The notes under the pieces: generated by a model
Seen by the model: the letters and a program-made list of their open reading frames with translations, nothing else
Told to the model about the DNA's origin: nothing
The model's database searches: none
Position numbers and translations under genes: made by a program
NCBI GenBank assembly: GCA_965261085.1
Contig: OZ253442.1
Span: forward strand, 1,792,001 to 1,856,000
Reading direction: 5' to 3'
Length of the DNA: 64,000 nt
Source: a bacterium
Lineage (GTDB): Bacteria; UBA8248
Shown: positions 58,609 through 64,000 of the stretch, piece by piece
Layout of the letters: each line of letters begins with the position of its first letter
How positions within the stretch are numbered: position 1 is the first letter of the stretch

Positions 58609-59631
58609 ATGTCTACAACGACAGCCAAGAACGGCGGTGGGTTGGGCCTCACCCGCAAGGATTTTAAGTCCGACCAAGTCGTGCGCTGGTGCCCGGGTTG
58701 CGGAGACTACGCGATTCTCGCCCAGATGCAGAAGGTGCTGCCGAACCTCGGGATTCCGCGCGAGAAATTCGTTTTCGTCTCCGGCATCGGCTGCGCGGCG
58801 CGCTTTCCGTATTACATGGATACCTTCGGTTTCCACACCATTCACGGGCGGGCGCCTGCGTTCGCCACCGGCGTGAAGGTGAGCAATCCGGAACTTTCCG
58901 TCTGGGTCATCAGCGGCGACGGCGATGCGCTGAGCATCGGCGGAAACCATCTGATTCACTCCATGCGCCGCAACGTGGGCGTCAAGATTATTCTCTTCAA
59001 CAACCGCGTCTACGGATTGACCAAAGGCCAGTATTCGCCCACCTCGCTTATGGGCTCGCGCACGAAATCCACGCCCATCGGCTCGGTGGACTATCCGCTT
59101 CACCCGCTGACGCTGGCCCTGGGGGCGGAGTGCAGCTTCGTCGCCCGCACCTCGGACAGGGATCAGAAGCACATGGCTGCGATGTTCGAGGAGATGGCGA
59201 ACCACGAGGGAACCTCTCTGCTGGAGGTGCTGCAGAACTGCATCGTGTTCAACGACGGCGCGTGGCATAAATACACCGAAAAAGGCATGAAAGAGCAGAA
59301 CGTGATTTATCTCGAAGACGGCCAGCCTCTCGTCTATGGCCCGGCGGATGATCGCAAGGGAATTTCTCTCGATGATTACAAGGTTCGCATCGTCGAGGCC
59401 GATTCTCCCGACGTCACCGTCCACCGCGTGCATGATGAGGCGGGCGGCTACGCCCACATCCTGAGCCGGGTCGAACTCGAAGGCGGCCCCGTGCCCCTGG
59501 GCGTTCTGAGAAAGGTGGAGCGTCCGCCGTTTGAGGAATTGATGGGCGAGCAGGTCGCCGCGTCCCAGGCGAAAGGCGAGGGTGATATCGACGCGCTCCT
59601 CAATTCAGGAGATACCTGGGAGCACCACTAG
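58609..59631 (+). CDS. korB: 2-oxoacid:ferredoxin oxidoreductase subunit beta
   Basis: WCPGCGD, GDGDALSIGGNH (TPP motif) and YGLTKGQYSPT. Confidence 0.9.
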   Translation: MSTTTAKNGGGLGLTRKDFKSDQVVRWCPGCGDYAILAQMQKVLPNLGIPREKFVFVSGIGCAARFPYYMDTFGFHTIHGRAPAFATGVKVSNPELSVWVISGDGDALSIGGNHLIHSMRRNVGVKIILFNNRVYGLTKGQYSPTSLMGSRTKSTPIGSVDYPLHPLTLALGAECSFVARTSDRDQKHMAAMFEEMANHEGTSLLEVLQNCIVFNDGAWHKYTEKGMKEQNVIYLEDGQPLVYGPADDRKGISLDDYKVRIVEADSPDVTVHRVHDEAGGYAHILSRVELEGGPVPLGVLRKVERPPFEELMGEQVAASQAKGEGDIDALLNSGDTWEHH

Positions 59632-59645
59632 TATTCGTCGCCTCC

Positions 59646-59681
59646 AAAGGGCCGTCGGGATTCGCTCCGACGGCCTTTTTT
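59646..59681 (+). terminator. Rho-independent terminator
   Basis: GGCCGTCGG...CCGACGGCC stem followed by TTTTTT. Confidence 0.85.
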
Positions 59682-59707
59682 CGCGTTTCCAAACGCGCTT
59701 GGAACCC

Positions 59708-60577
59708 ATGTCCAAAACCTTCACCCTTCTTATCGTTCACGCGCACCCCGATGATGAGTGCAGCAGCACGGGCGGTCTGATTCTCAAGAGCGCGCGGGAA
59801 GGCCACCGCGTCATACTCATCACCTGCACCAACGGCGAGATGGGCGAGATGAAACATCTGGACATGAATCTCGACCCCGATTCCGAGGCCGACAGGCAAA
59901 GGCTCGGGGAAATCAGAAGAGAAGAACTCACCCGGGCGGCGCAGATATTGAACGTCTCGCAGGTTCACACCCTGGGCTATCGCGACTCCGGCATGGACGG
60001 CTGGGAGGGCAACGGGCATCCCGAGGCGTTCAAAAACGCCGATGAGGAAGAAGTCGTGGGCAAGATAGTGGGCTACATACGCCGCTATCGTCCGGACGTG
60101 GTCGTCACCTACAACGAGCAGGGCGGATACGGCCACCCCGATCACGTGATGACCAACAAGGTCACCACCGAGGCGATAGAGGCGGCCGCAGACCCCGACA
60201 GATTCCCCGAAAGCGGAGGAGAGGCCTGGCGGGTCCCCAAGCTCTACCACACGGCGTGGGCGCGCTCGAATATGCTGCGCGCCTGGCGCTGGATGAGGCT
60301 ATTCGGACAAAAAACACCGCTCGATGATCCGGACTTCAGGGAGGACAAATACGGGACGCCGGATGAGCTCATCACCACCCGCGTGAATATCAGCAGATAC
60401 CTTCGCCGCAAATGGCGCGCGCTCACCTCGCACAAGAGCCAAATCAACGGGAATTTCTTCTGGTGGTTCGTCCGCATGACGGGGCGCTGGCTCTACTACG
60501 AGGAGTCCTTCGTTTGCGCCCGCTCGCAGACGGAGGTGAGAGGCGATGAGAGGTCGGTGTTCGAGGGCCTATCCTGA
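59708..60577 (+). CDS. PIG-L family deacetylase (MshB/Mca-like)
   Basis: HAHPDDE, GYRDSGM, GGYGHPDH and HKSQ motifs. Confidence 0.88.
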   Translation: MSKTFTLLIVHAHPDDECSSTGGLILKSAREGHRVILITCTNGEMGEMKHLDMNLDPDSEADRQRLGEIRREELTRAAQILNVSQVHTLGYRDSGMDGWEGNGHPEAFKNADEEEVVGKIVGYIRRYRPDVVVTYNEQGGYGHPDHVMTNKVTTEAIEAAADPDRFPESGGEAWRVPKLYHTAWARSNMLRAWRWMRLFGQKTPLDDPDFREDKYGTPDELITTRVNISRYLRRKWRALTSHKSQINGNFFWWFVRMTGRWLYYEESFVCARSQTEVRGDERSVFEGLS

Positions 60578-60967
60578 GCCGCCTGAAAGGGGCCTGCTGA
60601 CCTCGATCAAAAACCCGTTCGGGTCCTTCAGCATGAACATGCGCACGCCCCAGGGGACGTCGCGGGGCGCGAAGATGACATCCGCCCCCTTTTCGGTGAG
60701 CGCGTCATAGGCGCGGTCGACGTCCTCAGGCGTGAGCGTCACCACGACGCCGGAACCCCGGGGCTCCCGGAGGGGTTCGAGATTCCATTTCCTCATCTCC
60801 TCATCCGGGATCGGCGCGTGGATGATGAGCGAGGTTCCTCCCAGTTCATAGCGAACGTGGTCTTTCGCCCGGCTCGCTTCTTTCAATCCCAGCGTTTCGG
60901 TATAAAAACGACAAGACGCCTCGTAGTCTTTGGTGATGAGAAAAACGGCGGGCAGCGACTCGAACAA
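60569..60967 (-). CDS. VOC (glyoxalase/bleomycin resistance) family protein
   Basis: FYTETLGL and PWGVRMFMLKDPNGFLIE motifs; TTG 60967 after GAGG preferred as start. Confidence 0.85.
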   Translation of the reverse strand: MFESLPAVFLITKDYEASCRFYTETLGLKEASRAKDHVRYELGGTSLIIHAPIPDEEMRKWNLEPLREPRGSGVVVTLTPEDVDRAYDALTEKGADVIFAPRDVPWGVRMFMLKDPNGFLIEVSRPLSGGSG

Positions 60968-61013
60968 GATGAAGACCTCTTGATGTTCTTGAATTTGCGT
61001 TTGGAGAAAAGGT

Positions 61014-61697
61014 ATGCGCCATCCTCTGGTCGAGTTGAAAGAGGTCTCCAAAACCTACGTCGCGGGTGACGCGCTCGTCCACGCGCTCAAAGACGTCAGC
61101 TTCCGGGCGGAACAGGGCGAGTTTATCACGGTTTCGGGCCCGAGCGGGTCGGGCAAGAGCACGTTTCTGCACTTGATGGGCGCGGTCGACGCGCCATCGA
61201 GCGGCGAGGTCTTTTTCGACGGACGGGACATATCGGGCCTCAGCGACGAAGGTTTGAGCGAAATTCGCCTGAAAGAAGTGGGTTTCATCCATCAGTTTTT
61301 CCATCTCATGCCGACGATGACCGCGTACGAAAACGTCGCCCTGCCCCTCGTGCTCCAAGGCCAAAAACGGGCGCAGGCCAGGGAAGTAGTCGAAAACGCT
61401 TTGGCGCGCGTGGGGCTTACGAACCGGATGCGCAGCTTCCCGAGGCAACTCTCGGGCGGTGAGATGCAAAGGGTGGCCGTCGCGCGCGCCATCATCCACA
61501 AGCCCCGCCTCATCCTCGCCGATGAGCCGACGGGGAATCTCGATTCCGAGAACTCGCAGAAAGTCCTGGAACTCATCTCGGAACTCCACAAAGAAGATGG
61601 TTTCACGATCGTCATGGCGACGCACGACCAGATGCCATTGCGCTACGCCACGCGGAGTGTCGGGATAACCGATGGCCGCCTGGAGGCGGCGGTATGA
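61014..61697 (+). CDS. ABC transporter ATP-binding protein (LolD/MacB-like)
   Basis: GPSGSGKST, LSGGEMQRVAVARA, ADEPTGNLD and ATHD motifs. Confidence 0.95.
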   Translation: MRHPLVELKEVSKTYVAGDALVHALKDVSFRAEQGEFITVSGPSGSGKSTFLHLMGAVDAPSSGEVFFDGRDISGLSDEGLSEIRLKEVGFIHQFFHLMPTMTAYENVALPLVLQGQKRAQAREVVENALARVGLTNRMRSFPRQLSGGEMQRVAVARAIIHKPRLILADEPTGNLDSENSQKVLELISELHKEDGFTIVMATHDQMPLRYATRSVGITDGRLEAAV

Positions 61698-64000
61698 TGA
61701 GCGTCTTAGGCGCGCTCTTGCGTCTTCTCGCTTGGCGCCGCCTGAAGGAAGAGCCGTTTCGCCTGCTGCTCACGCTGGTGGGGGTGGCCTTGGGCGTCGC
61801 CGTGTTCATTGCCATCAAGCTCGCTAACGGTGCGTCCACCCAGGCGTTTGAGAACAGCCTCACGGCCATTTCCGGCAAGACGCAACTGGAAGTTTCCGCA
61901 GGCGGTCTGGGCGTGAATGAAGAGTTGATTCTGCGGCTCCGGGCGATGAGGGAGGTGAAAAGAGCAGCGCCCGTCATCCAGCAACACGCCTGGGTGAAGA
62001 GGGCGGACGGCTCAGGCGCCAGGTGGCGGCGCGGCGCGCCTTCTCAAGGACGCGCCGTTCTGGCTTTGGGGCTCGACTTGCTGGGGGATAATGATTTCAG
62101 GGGCTATGCGTTCGAGAATAAATACTCGCGCGAAGAAATACTCTCGCGCATCGCCGACCCGCAGGGCTTGTTCATCGCCCGGGGCGTAGCCGATGCGCTG
62201 GGCGTCGGTGTAGGCGACTTCGTCGAACTCGAGGCCGCGCGGAGAATGCGCTTGCGCGTCCGGGGCGTCCTGAAGCCCGAGGGCATGGCGAAATCGATGG
62301 ACGGCCGCCTCCTCATCATGGATATCGGCGTCGCGCAAAAAGTTTTTGAGCGTTTCGGTCGTCTGGACAGGATCGATCTGATTTTTGGGGATAAGGGCGA
62401 AATCGAATCGATCCGCAAAAAGATTCAAAATTTCCTGCCGTCCGGCGTGGTGGTCGCGCGGCCTGCGCGGCGCGGAAGCGACGTGGAGAAAATGCTGGCG
62501 TCGTTTCAGTTGAACCTCACGGTGCTGAGCGTCATCGCGCTGCTGGTGGGCTGTTTTCTGATCTACAACACGATGTCGGCTTCGGTCTTGCGGCGTAAGG
62601 GTGAAATCGCCACCCTGCGCTCTCTGGGCATGACGTCAAGGGGAATCATCTTTCTCTACGGGGCGGAGGCGTTTTGCATCGGTCTAGCGGGTTCCTGTCT
62701 GGGCGTTGCGATGGGGGTGTTCATGGCCCAGGGCGCGCTTTGGTTCATCACCCAGACGATCCGCAACCTGTACGCATTTCTGGAAGTGCGTCATGTCCCC
62801 CTGGGTCCCGAGGCGCTCCTTTGGGGATTCGGCGTAGGGCTCGGGGTTTCTCTCGTTTCGGGTCTTTTCCCGGCGGTGGCGGCGTCGCGTCAGACTCCGC
62901 GCCAGGGCGTCGTGGACAGGCAGGGAAAAGTGGAGGTGCGGCCTGCGGTCACCGCTGCCCTGGTTGCAAGCGCTCTGCTCGTCGCCATCATCGCCTACTG
63001 GCTGAATTTGCAGGCGCTGGCGCGAGGAACCCCTCTGCCCGGCTATCTATCGGCGGCGGCGGTCATTCTGGCCACCGCGCTCGCGAGCCTGCCGGTCGTC
63101 TTGTTCGGTTCTTTCCTTGTCAGGCGCATGCTGGGCGGAAGCGCCAACGCCTGGCTTGCCGCGCACGGTTTGGGTAGGCATCCGCATCGCAACGGTGTCA
63201 CGCTGTCTTCATTGGCGATCGCCGTGGCCATGCTGGTGAGCCTCATTATCATGATCGAGAGTTTCAGGTCCACGGTGGAAATCTGGACGCATCAGACGCT
63301 CAAGGCGGATTTCTACGCAGCACCCGCATCGCGCTTCATCAAGGGCTCACGGGCGAGCATCTCGGAAGATGCGCTCGGAGTCATCAGGGGTGTTTCGGGC
63401 GTCGCGGCGGTCGATGGCTTCAGGGCGATACGCCTGCCCTGGCGCGGGAGGCGCATCACGCTTGCGGGTGGGGATTTTCGAATCGTGGCCGAAAGGGGCC
63501 GGCTGCTGTTCGTGGACGGCGACTCGAAAGAAACGCTCACCAGAGCGAGGACGCGCGGCGAGGCGATTATCACGGAGACTTTCGCAAACCTCTACGGCGT
63601 GAAAAAAGGAGACCTCCTCCGTCTCCCGGCCCCAAAGAGTGAGATTTCGGTTCGCGTGGCGGGCGTTTATTACGATTACACTACGGATGGTGGATTCGTC
63701 GTGGTGGATCGCGGGTTTCTGAAAAAACACTGGGGCGATGATCGCCTGAGTTCCCTGGCGATATATCTCGAAAAAAATGCGCGGCCAGAAGATGTGCGCA
63801 AATCGCTCGAAAACGTCCTGGATTCCACCATGGTGCTGATTTCAAACGCCGGTCTCAAAAAACGCGTGCTCAGCATCTTCGACCAGACGTTCGCCATCAC
63901 GTATGCGCTGGAGTTCATCGCCGTCGTGGTGGCCTTGCTCGGCGTGGCCACGGGCTTGAGTTCCAACATCCTGGAGCGCGTGCATGAAATCGGTACACTG
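61694..64000 (+). CDS. FtsX/MacB-like ABC transporter permease (truncated by window end)
   Basis: Not in the ORF track because no stop occurs before the window end. Begins MMSVLGALLRLLAWRRLKEEPFRLLLTLVGVALGVAVFIAI; later EIATLRSLG and ERVHEIGTL FtsX motifs. Confidence 0.88.
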   Translation, partial: MMSVLGALLRLLAWRRLKEEPFRLLLTLVGVALGVAVFIAIKLANGASTQAFENSLTAISGKTQLEVSAGGLGVNEELILRLRAMREVKRAAPVIQQHAWVKRADGSGARWRRGAPSQGRAVLALGLDLLGDNDFRGYAFENKYSREEILSRIADPQGLFIARGVADALGVGVGDFVELEAARRMRLRVRGVLKPEGMAKSMDGRLLIMDIGVAQKVFERFGRLDRIDLIFGDKGEIESIRKKIQNFLPSGVVVARPARRGSDVEKMLASFQLNLTVLSVIALLVGCFLIYNTMSASVLRRKGEIATLRSLGMTSRGIIFLYGAEAFCIGLAGSCLGVAMGVFMAQGALWFITQTIRNLYAFLEVRHVPLGPEALLWGFGVGLGVSLVSGLFPAVAASRQTPRQGVVDRQGKVEVRPAVTAALVASALLVAIIAYWLNLQALARGTPLPGYLSAAAVILATALASLPVVLFGSFLVRRMLGGSANAWLAAHGLGRHPHRNGVTLSSLAIAVAMLVSLIIMIESFRSTVEIWTHQTLKADFYAAPASRFIKGSRASISEDALGVIRGVSGVAAVDGFRAIRLPWRGRRITLAGGDFRIVAERGRLLFVDGDSKETLTRARTRGEAIITETFANLYGVKKGDLLRLPAPKSEISVRVAGVYYDYTTDGGFVVVDRGFLKKHWGDDRLSSLAIYLEKNARPEDVRKSLENVLDSTMVLISNAGLKKRVLSIFDQTFAITYALEFIAVVVALLGVATGLSSNILERVHEIGTL

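Overview
A GC-rich bacterial window made up mostly of housekeeping genes. It holds rpe, the ffh-rpsP-rimM-trmD-rplS cluster, rnhB-yraN, romR-like/valS/birA/coaX, tolC-ruvX-mltG, ribF and tRNA-Leu(CAG). Further on are a large heat-shock cluster (clpB-dnaK-cbpA-like-hspR-htpX-grpE-dnaJ), rpoZ, queA, a complex iron-sulfur molybdoenzyme operon, korAB and an ABC transporter that runs off the end. The main result, which the ORF track misses, is two adjacent convergent genes that both appear to read through an in-frame UGA as selenocysteine. One is an ArsC/Spx-like U-x-x-C protein (28571-28921). The other is a radical SAM enzyme with a C-U-A-E-P tail (28938-30392). Each UGA is followed by a SECIS-like hairpin with an N-G-U-U loop. 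Other highlights: (1) an AT-rich three-gene module inserted between rplS and rnhB, ending in a putative ADP-ribosyltransferase-fold protein (candidate toxin/defence system); (2) a very long coiled-coil OmpA/MotB-domain protein with 210-bp tandem repeats; (3) a RomR-like pseudo-receiver; (4) a MITE-like nested palindrome; (5) a gene that appears to start at ATC. All calls come from motif recognition by eye; no searches were run.
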